59,420 nucleotides of DNA from Candidatus Altiarchaeales archaeon. Its GTDB lineage: Archaea; Altiarchaeota; Altiarchaeia; IMC4; QMZM01. Shown in pieces: positions 50,416 to 58,358 of the stretch. The notes under the pieces were generated by a model that was not told where the DNA came from, did not search any database, and saw only the letters and a program-made list of their open reading frames with translations. Every line of letters starts with the position of its first letter. The first letter of the stretch is position 1. The translations under genes were made by a program, and so were the position numbers. The stretch lies in the NCBI GenBank assembly GCA_023252215.1, contig JAHEXG010000004.1, forward strand, positions 1 to 59,420, written 5' to 3'.

Positions 50416-51159
50416 ATGAAAATATCTAAGACTCATCCAAGATATGAATCCCTCAAATACCGGCATAGGTTGGTCGAGGGCCTGAAAAAGGGCTATGTCA
50501 CGCAGTCAGGCCTTATATCCCACGGCAGGGGAGAAGCATTCGATTATCTGATAGGCGAGAAAACGATTCCTGAAGCCTGGGAGGCTGAGAAAGCCGCCGT
50601 GGCTCTGATGCTTTTATCAAAGGATCCGGTCATATCTGTTAATGGGAACACTGCCGCGCTCTGCCCAAAGGAGCTTGTGGACCTCGCCGTATCATTGGAT
50701 GCGAAATTAGAGGTTAACCTCTATTATAGGACCTTGAAAAGGGAGAAACTGATAGAGAGGATACTGAAAAAGAACGGCGCAGAGGAGGTCTACGGCGTGG
50801 GCCGGAAGGCGAATAAAGTGGTGCCTAATCTTGATTCGGATAGATCGAAAGTCGATTCTTTGGGTATTTGGGCTTCCGATGTCGTGTTGGTTCCTTTGGA
50901 GGACGGGGACCGTGTGGAATCTTTGGTTGCCATGGGCAAGAAGGTTGTATCCATAGACTTGAATCCTGTTTCCCGTACTACGCGGAAGGCTTCTATCGCC
51001 ATTGTAGACAACGTGGTACGGGCTGCTGCGAATATGATAAGGCTTGCAGCGGATATGAAGGGCATGGATAGGGAAGCGCTCAAGAGTGTATTGGATGGTT
51101 TTGACAATGGAGAAAATCTTGAAAAAACCATCCGGACAATGCGACAAGACATCAGTTAA
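50416..51159 (+). CDS. 4-phosphopantoate--beta-alanine ligase (archaeal PPS)
   Basis: HPRYESL, HGRGEAFDYL, SVNGN, EVNLY.R, VPLEDGDR, IDLNP.SRT. Confidence 0.93.
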   Translation: MKISKTHPRYESLKYRHRLVEGLKKGYVTQSGLISHGRGEAFDYLIGEKTIPEAWEAEKAAVALMLLSKDPVISVNGNTAALCPKELVDLAVSLDAKLEVNLYYRTLKREKLIERILKKNGAEEVYGVGRKANKVVPNLDSDRSKVDSLGIWASDVVLVPLEDGDRVESLVAMGKKVVSIDLNPVSRTTRKASIAIVDNVVRAAANMIRLAADMKGMDREALKSVLDGFDNGENLEKTIRTMRQDIS

Positions 51160-51907
51160 ATAGTTCGAGCGCTTCTTTTTCCATGAAATGAAGCTTTCCG
51201 GGGACGATTAGGCTGTGGGGGGGGTTTCCGAAGTCTTTTTTTGCTATTTCCGCGGCTTTTCCTGCTTTTATCAGGGTGTCTCCGCCCAGTCTTGCGACTC
51301 CGATGCATAAGGTTTCAGGGCTGAATAGGCCCTCCTTTTTTTGTTTCTCTATCTCGAATAGGAGGTTTATTGCTTCGTTCACGCTCATAAAGCGGTTTTC
51401 TTCTGCTTTTATGTCAAGGAGAAACAGGGTGTGTAGGCCGTTTTTCTGGTTTTCCCGCAGTATGTCGTACGGGGATGTTGGGAAATAATTTTTCTCTGGA
51501 TAGACGAGCGATGCAGTCTTGCCGTATTTGTATATTTGCAGGCCTGCTTCACCTATGGCCGAATATACGGAGGAGGAGTGGATTATCTTGTAGGGGATAC
51601 CCAGTTTCTTTGCGCGGAGTATGAGGTCTATGTGGGTGGTTGCAACCATCGGGTCGCCGGATATGAGCAACGCCACGTCCAGGTCTGACGAATCCTTGAG
51701 AACATTTTCTTGGGGTCGTTCCTCAAGGTCTCCTCTTTTTAGTAGTATGATCTTTTTACCTATTAGGTCTTCCAGGCTGTTTAGTGATCCTGAAAAGCGG
51801 TTGGTATAGAATTCAGCGTATATCTGCGGGCATTTTTTCAGGGCTTCCAGGCCGCGTATTGTTAGGTCTTTTTCGTCATAAACGCCTAAGCCGATGAGGT
51901 ATAGCAT
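51152..51907 (-). CDS. dph5: Diphthine synthase
   Basis: MLYLIGLG, GDPMVATTH, GLQIYKYGKT, GLHTLFLLD, PPHSLIVPG.LHFME. Confidence 0.96.
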   Translation of the reverse strand: MLYLIGLGVYDEKDLTIRGLEALKKCPQIYAEFYTNRFSGSLNSLEDLIGKKIILLKRGDLEERPQENVLKDSSDLDVALLISGDPMVATTHIDLILRAKKLGIPYKIIHSSSVYSAIGEAGLQIYKYGKTASLVYPEKNYFPTSPYDILRENQKNGLHTLFLLDIKAEENRFMSVNEAINLLFEIEKQKKEGLFSPETLCIGVARLGGDTLIKAGKAAEIAKKDFGNPPHSLIVPGKLHFMEKEALELFN

Positions 51908-51927
51908 GTGAAGAATCAGGTATTAGG

Positions 51928-51977
51928 AAAATAAAAAAAGAAAAAGAAAAAAAATAGGGATGTGCCGTTAGGCACAT
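51928..51977 (-). terminator. Hairpin plus long U-tract downstream of the S-layer gene
   Basis: Minus strand ATGTGCC-TAAC-GGCACAT followed by about 25 nt of near-pure T. Confidence 0.6.
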
Positions 51978-51989
51978 TCATAGACGTTC

Positions 51990-54887
51990 TTATGCGTGGA
52001 CGTTTGCCTTCAGCCAGTTTATCAGGGCGTTTCCTGCAGCAACTGTGTCGTCTGCTGTCCATCCGGCAACTACTACCATGTTGCCGCTCTTCTCGACGAC
52101 GTACTTGTCGGATGCTGCGCTTATGTCATCTGCTGACACGCCTGCTGACTCAGTCATTGCGTTGACTGCGGGTCCGCCGACCAGGATTAAGTTCTTGGTC
52201 GTGTCGGCTGCCACTTCAGGCACTACCATGTTGCCAACTACTGGGTTGACGACTGATGTGGTTGTGCTGCCTGAGGTCTGGTTTCCTACGGTAACGTCAA
52301 ACTTGGAGATGGTAAAGGTACAGCATCCTGCTGATACGTCCTTCCCCTCGTCTGCCTTGGTTATCGTAGATTCGGCAGTTGTCTGCTCTTCCACTGTCCC
52401 AATGAAGTAGGTCGAATAAACCCTCTCCTGTGGGTGGGCCACTGCTACGCTGTCTATCCTGTTGTCTGCTCCGTAGTCGACGGTAAACTTGTCTCCTCCC
52501 TTGGGCGTGATCAACAGTGTGTCTGTGTCTTGGTTCAGCTCGATGTCGTCTGCGTCTTTTGTCAGGTCGCCGTCGGTGTCAAGGTACATGTCTGTGTGGT
52601 AGTCTGTGTCTACGTCTTTGTTGTATGCTCTGTCGGACATGTCTATGACAACGTTTCCGTCTGATACTCCGAAGACGAATAAGGTGTCGTCGTCATCTCC
52701 GTCCAGGTTTGTGTCTTTACTCACGTTGTAGGCTACAGCATTGGGGTCGACTGTCAGGTCTGCTTCGTTGACTACTTTGAAGTCTAGGTTGTATCCGTCT
52801 ACCTGGAAGTCGTCAAAGGTCCCTACCATGTCCTGGTTGATGTATATCAGACTGTCGGTGAAGTCTTTCGTCGCGCCGTTGTAGTCCATGTTCGTGGTAA
52901 AGAGTATGCTGTTGTCGCTGGCGTCGAAGACTAGGTCTAGGTATTTTCCTCCGCCTAGGCTTATTGCCCTCTTTTTCACGAAGATACTCTGCGGGTCCAG
53001 TTCTATCTGGTTGTCTTTGTCGTAGTCGCTGGATGTTACAGTCGCTTGACCGATAGCATCAACCTTCAGTGCCTGGTACAAGGCAAGCTCTCTTAGCTTT
53101 ATGTCTGAGAGGTCTGCGCAGTTAGCTCCTGTGTAAGTCAACCCGTTTGGGTCACCGTCGTCTTTGTCGTCACAGTATCTCTGCAGGTCCTTTATCTTCT
53201 GCCTGTTGCCTCTTATCTGCGGGTCCAGAGTTACGTCTACTGTATTGTCTGTGGTTCCTGCGCCGTTGTCGTTCTTCGTGTAGTCTGCGTACTGGTATAC
53301 TACTCCGTCCAACATGAAGAGCTGGTTCTTCTTGAAGGGTCCTTCGTCTAGGCGTACTTTGCTGTAGGTGTTGTCGTCTGAACCTGTCAGGGTAAGTACT
53401 GCCTGGTAGTTTTCATCTCCTCTCTCCAGTAATATGCCGCCCTTGTCTTGGCCAGTTATGTCCGATGTCTTGAACTTGCTGGTCTGGTATCCCTTAAAGG
53501 TCAGCCTGAAGTTGTTGGGGAAGTTCAGGGATTCATCCTGCTCCAGTGCTTCGTCGCCGTCCAGGTCGTGGTTGTAGGTTACAGTCACTGACTTCAGTAA
53601 AGATGCGTCGTCTGTTGCCATACCGTCGTATTCGCTCTTGTCACAGTCGTTTACTGAGCCGTCGGACGCGGTATCAGAATCCTGACAGTTGTCTATTGTT
53701 GCGAACTCCACTTCCCAGTCGGTCTTGACTTGTCCGCCTATTTCCAGGTCTTCGCCGTCCTGTAATAGTACCTGGCTGCTTAAGTCATATACTATTATAG
53801 ATGCGGTCTGGAGTGCGGCTGCTTCTTCTGCGTACACGCCGGATAGTTCCAGGTTGTCTACGACGCCGTTGGCCATCTTGGATATCTGTACTTGTACGAT
53901 GGTCCCGTCGGGTTTCTGCACGTCAAGCAATATTCCTGCAACTGTGTATTCTGCGGCGTATATCAGGTGGTCTACCTTAAACTTGTAGCCGTTGTACTCA
54001 GAAGTGAACCCTTCGCTTGTTACGTCGTCAAGGACTTTTGCTTTTGCAAGGTATATCTTGTCGCTTCCTTCTACGTCCTTAACATAGTATTCTTCTCCGA
54101 ATAGGATCATCTTTCCTCTGTACTCGAAGTCTACATAGCAGTCTTCGCTGTTAGAACTACTGCAGTCGTCTTTTACGATCCTCTTCATGGGTATGTAGTC
54201 AGTTTCTACTTGGTACGAAACTGCTCCTCTTTCTATCGCCATCTTGAGGGATTCGGACTTGTCGTCTCCTAGGCCGTCTTCGTAGTAGTTTATCTTGGAG
54301 GAGTTTATGCTTATCTTCTCCTTCATGTCGTGGGATGGGTTCTCCAGGGCCTCAAGACATAGGTTGTGGCAGAACAGGCAGTGTATGTTGGTGTAGCTTC
54401 CTTCCATCAGGATGCCGGCTTCGGTTCTTGTCTGCTTGTCACATGACAGAGTATAGGACGTAAAGTCTCCTTTCTCGTATGTCTTGCTGTCTTGGAAGTA
54501 CAGCCCGGTATCGGAGTTATAGAAGTCCAGTATATCCTCGTGGTTCTGGGTGTCCTGTACATAGTCACCTATGGCACCTCTTGCGGCTGTGGTTATAACC
54601 ACTTGCCCCTCGGGGGTGTAGGAGGGACCAGTTCCGGTCACGGTCTGCGTCATGTAGGCAAGGTTTCCTATGGTCGCAGCTATGTTTCCTGCTGCGACGG
54701 CGTCCGTTGCCATCCCTTTCTCTCCAACCACGATCTGTACGATCGGGTTGTAGCTTGCATCATAGAAGAAGCCTTTCGTTATTCCTGTGCTGTCTAATCC
54801 AGCCATTACAGGAGCTGAAAGCGCTGCTCCTAACATCGCGGTTCCTGCTACGAGGGAACCAACTCGTCTTACGTTTATGCTTTTCAT
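51990..54887 (-). CDS. S-layer-type cell surface protein (S_layer_N/S_layer_C architecture), acidic
   Basis: Signal peptide MKSINVRRVGSLVAGTAMLGAAL; IVVGEKGMATDAVAAGNIAATIG; C-terminal NLILVGGPAVN...VVVAGWTADDT.AA. Confidence 0.88.
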   Translation of the reverse strand: MKSINVRRVGSLVAGTAMLGAALSAPVMAGLDSTGITKGFFYDASYNPIVQIVVGEKGMATDAVAAGNIAATIGNLAYMTQTVTGTGPSYTPEGQVVITTAARGAIGDYVQDTQNHEDILDFYNSDTGLYFQDSKTYEKGDFTSYTLSCDKQTRTEAGILMEGSYTNIHCLFCHNLCLEALENPSHDMKEKISINSSKINYYEDGLGDDKSESLKMAIERGAVSYQVETDYIPMKRIVKDDCSSSNSEDCYVDFEYRGKMILFGEEYYVKDVEGSDKIYLAKAKVLDDVTSEGFTSEYNGYKFKVDHLIYAAEYTVAGILLDVQKPDGTIVQVQISKMANGVVDNLELSGVYAEEAAALQTASIIVYDLSSQVLLQDGEDLEIGGQVKTDWEVEFATIDNCQDSDTASDGSVNDCDKSEYDGMATDDASLLKSVTVTYNHDLDGDEALEQDESLNFPNNFRLTFKGYQTSKFKTSDITGQDKGGILLERGDENYQAVLTLTGSDDNTYSKVRLDEGPFKKNQLFMLDGVVYQYADYTKNDNGAGTTDNTVDVTLDPQIRGNRQKIKDLQRYCDDKDDGDPNGLTYTGANCADLSDIKLRELALYQALKVDAIGQATVTSSDYDKDNQIELDPQSIFVKKRAISLGGGKYLDLVFDASDNSILFTTNMDYNGATKDFTDSLIYINQDMVGTFDDFQVDGYNLDFKVVNEADLTVDPNAVAYNVSKDTNLDGDDDDTLFVFGVSDGNVVIDMSDRAYNKDVDTDYHTDMYLDTDGDLTKDADDIELNQDTDTLLITPKGGDKFTVDYGADNRIDSVAVAHPQERVYSTYFIGTVEEQTTAESTITKADEGKDVSAGCCTFTISKFDVTVGNQTSGSTTTSVVNPVVGNMVVPEVAADTTKNLILVGGPAVNAMTESAGVSADDISAASDKYVVEKSGNMVVVAGWTADDTVAAGNALINWLKANVHA

Positions 54888-54979
54888 TTTTCGGTTTTTT
54901 TATTTTTAATTTTTTTATTTAGTTTTTTTCTAAATCACTTGTTTTTAGTAATTTAGTAATAAGAGATTAGACGAATACC

Positions 54980-55060
54980 TATATATAACATAGAGTGGAC
55001 GTAAACCGGACAATTAGGCTTAAATGTCCCAGAGCTCTTTTTTTTTGATTAAAACGTCCA
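54980..55060 (-). promoter_or_regulatory. S-layer gene promoter: TATA box plus upstream GGAC/GTCC inverted sites
   Basis: TTATATA (minus, about 54982-54988); GGAC at 54997 and 55008, GTCC at 55026 and 55056; TGGACGT/ACGTCCA inverted pair. Confidence 0.5.
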
Positions 55061-55072
55061 TACGCATCTTAT

Positions 55073-56296
55073 TCACTCAAAAACCCATTCTTTTAGCTTT
55101 AACCAGTTAGTACGCCCCTCTTTTTTTATTTCTAGTATATTGCGCTTTTCTAATCGCTTTATTGTGTCTGAAAGAGAAGATTTAGGTATTCCGGTGGTTT
55201 TATAGACATATGCCTGCGTTATTTCGTCTTCTGCTTTTTCCAGCATTCCAACAACAATTCTCTCGCTTTCGTCAAGAACGTTGAGAATGGATTCCTTAAC
55301 ACCCTTGCTTTTGACTGAAGCACCCACCATAGAAACGTCTTTTACCTTCTTTTCCGCGTAATCTTCGTTTACATAATCAGCAGCCTTGGACACCCCAGCC
55401 AAATCATGATTTACGTTATATACAAGACCATTGCCTGACGGCTCAGAAACCGTATCCTTTGCCAACGCGCCCGCAAACCCGGAATCCTTTAACACGTCAT
55501 GCGCCGCCGTCTTTTTTCTTTTAGCGGTTCTTGTTTTTAGACGGTACAATAAAAAGAAAAGCATAAGCAGCAATAGGACTGCCCAGGGCAGGAAATACGC
55601 CCGAAAGTCCACTCCGGAAATCGGCAGAGTCGCAGATGAATTCAAAGTGGTTGTCGTCGTCCCGGGCCTTGTAATTATAGAACCCCCGGAAGACCCCAGC
55701 GTATATTCAAAACCTAAGTGGAACTCGTTTTTCTGGGGATAAAACCATATCTCAGAGTCCCCGATAGGGCTAAAGATTATATCTTCGCTAAAGTTTATCT
55801 TGGTTATCTGGGTTTTCTTAGGAGTAAATAATTTAACGATCGTCCCGGGATATTTCTTAGTCTGGGGGGTGGCAGTAGTGGAAAAATTCATGCTCCACAC
55901 ATCGCCGGACTTGCTTGTAAGGCCCTGGGTCGTATACTTTAAAATGACTAATTCCTCGGTTTTATTGGACTTATCAAGGGAAAAAGCCACCAAGTCCCTG
56001 TCTATTTGCGGGCTTAGTTCAACGGAGAGATTATGTCCCCCGGAATCAGAAACGGAAACATCCTGAACGTTTAAAGGCACAAGCACGGATACAACATCCC
56101 CGCTATTGACTATCATTTCCTCTGAGACAGAGACCATGCCATTTGGGTCTAAGACCACGGATATGGAGGGAATATTCAGTATGTTCCTCTCCAGATCGTA
56201 CTCGGAATTGTATCCAACGATTGTGCTATTCTCTGCAAAAGCCAAAGAGGCTAAGAATATAGTGCAAAGGAAAATACATAAAAACTTATAATTCAT
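55073..56296 (-). CDS. Membrane-anchored winged-helix regulator (COG2512-like): signal peptide, extracellular beta domain, single TM, cytoplasmic wHTH
   Basis: N-terminal signal; TM YFLPWAVLLLLMLFFLLY; C-terminal LDESERIVV...ITQAYVYKTTGIPKSSLSDTIKRLEKRNILEIKKEGRTNWLKL. Confidence 0.85.
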   Translation of the reverse strand: MNYKFLCIFLCTIFLASLAFAENSTIVGYNSEYDLERNILNIPSISVVLDPNGMVSVSEEMIVNSGDVVSVLVPLNVQDVSVSDSGGHNLSVELSPQIDRDLVAFSLDKSNKTEELVILKYTTQGLTSKSGDVWSMNFSTTATPQTKKYPGTIVKLFTPKKTQITKINFSEDIIFSPIGDSEIWFYPQKNEFHLGFEYTLGSSGGSIITRPGTTTTTLNSSATLPISGVDFRAYFLPWAVLLLLMLFFLLYRLKTRTAKRKKTAAHDVLKDSGFAGALAKDTVSEPSGNGLVYNVNHDLAGVSKAADYVNEDYAEKKVKDVSMVGASVKSKGVKESILNVLDESERIVVGMLEKAEDEITQAYVYKTTGIPKSSLSDTIKRLEKRNILEIKKEGRTNWLKLKEWVFE

Positions 56297-56410
56297 TTTA
56301 TAGGATAATCTTTTATTATATTATTGTATTATTAATCTTTTATTATATTATAATATGACATTATATGTTATAATAAAAAGAATATTAGAATAATGAACAA
56401 AAGAACAAAA

Positions 56411-56902
56411 CTACTTTAATTTTGATCCCTTGACAACCTGGCTGTATATTTTCTTTCGCTCCTCGTCTTTCAAAAGAGCAAGTATCTGCGAAGAAAAGGT
56501 CTGGGATAGTTCGCTTACGTCCGCCAGGATCGATTGCATCTCGTCGAGGTTTAATTTTACGTTATGCGGCTCTATTAATTCGATTGCCGAGGGTCCGTAG
56601 CGCATGACTACGTTGACGAACCATCTGAAGTCCCGGAATAACAGGTCTATTTCCACGACGCCTGAGAAAAACCCTTCCTTTGCGTCCTGTTTCAGCTCAT
56701 AGAACTTGACGTTTAGCACTGTTACGCTGTCTTCTTCTACCAGCGAGTCAAAGACCGTCCGCTCCAGCGCCTTCTGGCACGCATCCTTGTCGTTTCCCTG
56801 GACTTCCATGAACAGGCGGGCATGCATGCAGCCTTCGCTCAACAGTTTGTCGACGTCTGCGTCCTCATTAAAGGATCTCTCAAGAATAGGTTTATCAGGC
56901 AT
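56411..56902 (-). CDS. Conserved archaeal hypothetical protein
   Basis: FSGVVEIDL...MRYGPSAIELIEP motif; divergent from the next gene. Confidence 0.72.
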   Translation of the reverse strand: MPDKPILERSFNEDADVDKLLSEGCMHARLFMEVQGNDKDACQKALERTVFDSLVEEDSVTVLNVKFYELKQDAKEGFFSGVVEIDLLFRDFRWFVNVVMRYGPSAIELIEPHNVKLNLDEMQSILADVSELSQTFSSQILALLKDEERKKIYSQVVKGSKLK

Positions 56903-56959
56903 TCTAAGCAAGTGAACAAGTGAGATTTATCTATGGAATTACTTGTTAAATAAGCAGAA

Positions 56960-57409
56960 ATGAACCTATTATCGCAGATAACCCTTAAATGGTACGACGA
57001 CTCCAGCCTGATGGCAGAAGACAATAGAGAGCTCGTAGAATTGTTCCTTGATTCCATCGGCATAACAAGAGAAATAGCGTCCGACATATTCGAACTATTG
57101 CTCATAGCCAGGTCAAAAGGCCTGTCCCTATCATCCAAAGAGATAATGAAGGGCATAACCGAGATGCGGGAACGCCGGGGAAAGAGTCCGGACGATTCTC
57201 TCACCCTAAGGAACATACAGATATGGCTCAAATACTTCCGCAGTCTCGGACTACTGGAAAAAATAGGGGGAAGATATTTTTTCAAAGGAAACAAAAAGCC
57301 CAGCACAATCTTCAGAGACTACGTAAAACCGGAAGTCATAGACAAAAGCGCAGACTACCTCGCGCGCGTACTGGAAAAACTGGAAGACAGATACGACATA
57401 AAGAAATGA
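56960..57409 (+). CDS. Hypothetical winged-helix protein
   Basis: LSSKEI...LTLRNIQIWLKYFRSLGLLEKIGGRYF wHTH-like pattern. Confidence 0.68.
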   Translation: MNLLSQITLKWYDDSSLMAEDNRELVELFLDSIGITREIASDIFELLLIARSKGLSLSSKEIMKGITEMRERRGKSPDDSLTLRNIQIWLKYFRSLGLLEKIGGRYFFKGNKKPSTIFRDYVKPEVIDKSADYLARVLEKLEDRYDIKK

Positions 57410-58350
57410 TGGACAACAAAAAAGAGAGATGCTCGCGATGCAAACGCCCGGCAGTATACGATATGAGGTGCCACACGGAATCCCTCTGCGAAAAATGCTT
57501 CATCGACCTGTTTGAAAAAAAAGTCAGGCGGACGATCAGGACGAACCGGCTTCTGAGGGCCGAAGACAGAACTGCAGTCGCATTGTCCGGCGGAAAGGAC
57601 TCCGCAGTCACATTGTACATGCTGAAAGACATACTCAAAAAGGCCCCCTCGGAAAAATTATTTGCGATAACCATAGACCAGGGAATAAAAGGCGCGGAGA
57701 ACGGCCTGGAAGTATCCAAACGCCTGTGCAAGAAACTCGACGTAGAACACCGCATCTATTCATTCAAAAAAGAGCACGGATACTCCATGGACGAAGTGGT
57801 GAAGAAAAGCGAAAAAATGACGCATCCTGCGCCGCCGTGCAGCTTCTGCGGAGTCCTGAGAAGAAAACTACTTAACTCCAAAGCAAAGGACCTTGGCGCG
57901 ACAAGAATAGCAACAGGCCACAACATGGACGACGAAATACAGACCAGCCTGATGAATTACGTACGAGGAGACGTAGAGAAAATAGCGAGGATGGGCGCCC
58001 TCGTCGGAGTGGTAAGAGACGAAAGATTCATCCAAAGAATAAAACCCCTGAGAGACTGCCCCGAAAACGAAGTACTACTATACGCGCAACTTAAAGGAAT
58101 AGAATACGAACCGGCAAGATGCCCCTACTCGGGAGAAGCGTTCAGAGCAACGATACGCAAAGCGATCGACGCTATCGAAACGAATCATCCGGGGAGCAAG
58201 CACCAGATACTCAAATCCACTGACACGCTTATCGGGTTACTCAGAAAAGACAAAGACTTCGGAGTAATGGGCAGTTGCAATAAATGCGGAGACCCATGCT
58301 CGGAAAAAACATGCAAATTCTGCCAGATAGAACAAAAATTAATGGAATGA
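57406..58350 (+). CDS. tRNA 2-thiolation protein NcsA/TtuA (TIGR00269 family)
   Basis: N-terminal CxxC..C/H, VALSGGKDS, PCSFCGVLRR, ATGHNMDD, IKPL, CPY and a C-terminal Zn finger. Confidence 0.9.
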   Translation: MMDNKKERCSRCKRPAVYDMRCHTESLCEKCFIDLFEKKVRRTIRTNRLLRAEDRTAVALSGGKDSAVTLYMLKDILKKAPSEKLFAITIDQGIKGAENGLEVSKRLCKKLDVEHRIYSFKKEHGYSMDEVVKKSEKMTHPAPPCSFCGVLRRKLLNSKAKDLGATRIATGHNMDDEIQTSLMNYVRGDVEKIARMGALVGVVRDERFIQRIKPLRDCPENEVLLYAQLKGIEYEPARCPYSGEAFRATIRKAIDAIETNHPGSKHQILKSTDTLIGLLRKDKDFGVMGSCNKCGDPCSEKTCKFCQIEQKLME

Positions 58351-58358
58351 TCCGTTTC

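Noticed and set aside
9373-57409. Long N-terminal extensions in the ORF track (glmM, rfcS, ileS, argG, Lrp, 47064..48551, 57223..58350)
   Set aside because: They overlap neighbouring genes or lack family similarity; downstream ATGs match the family N-termini.
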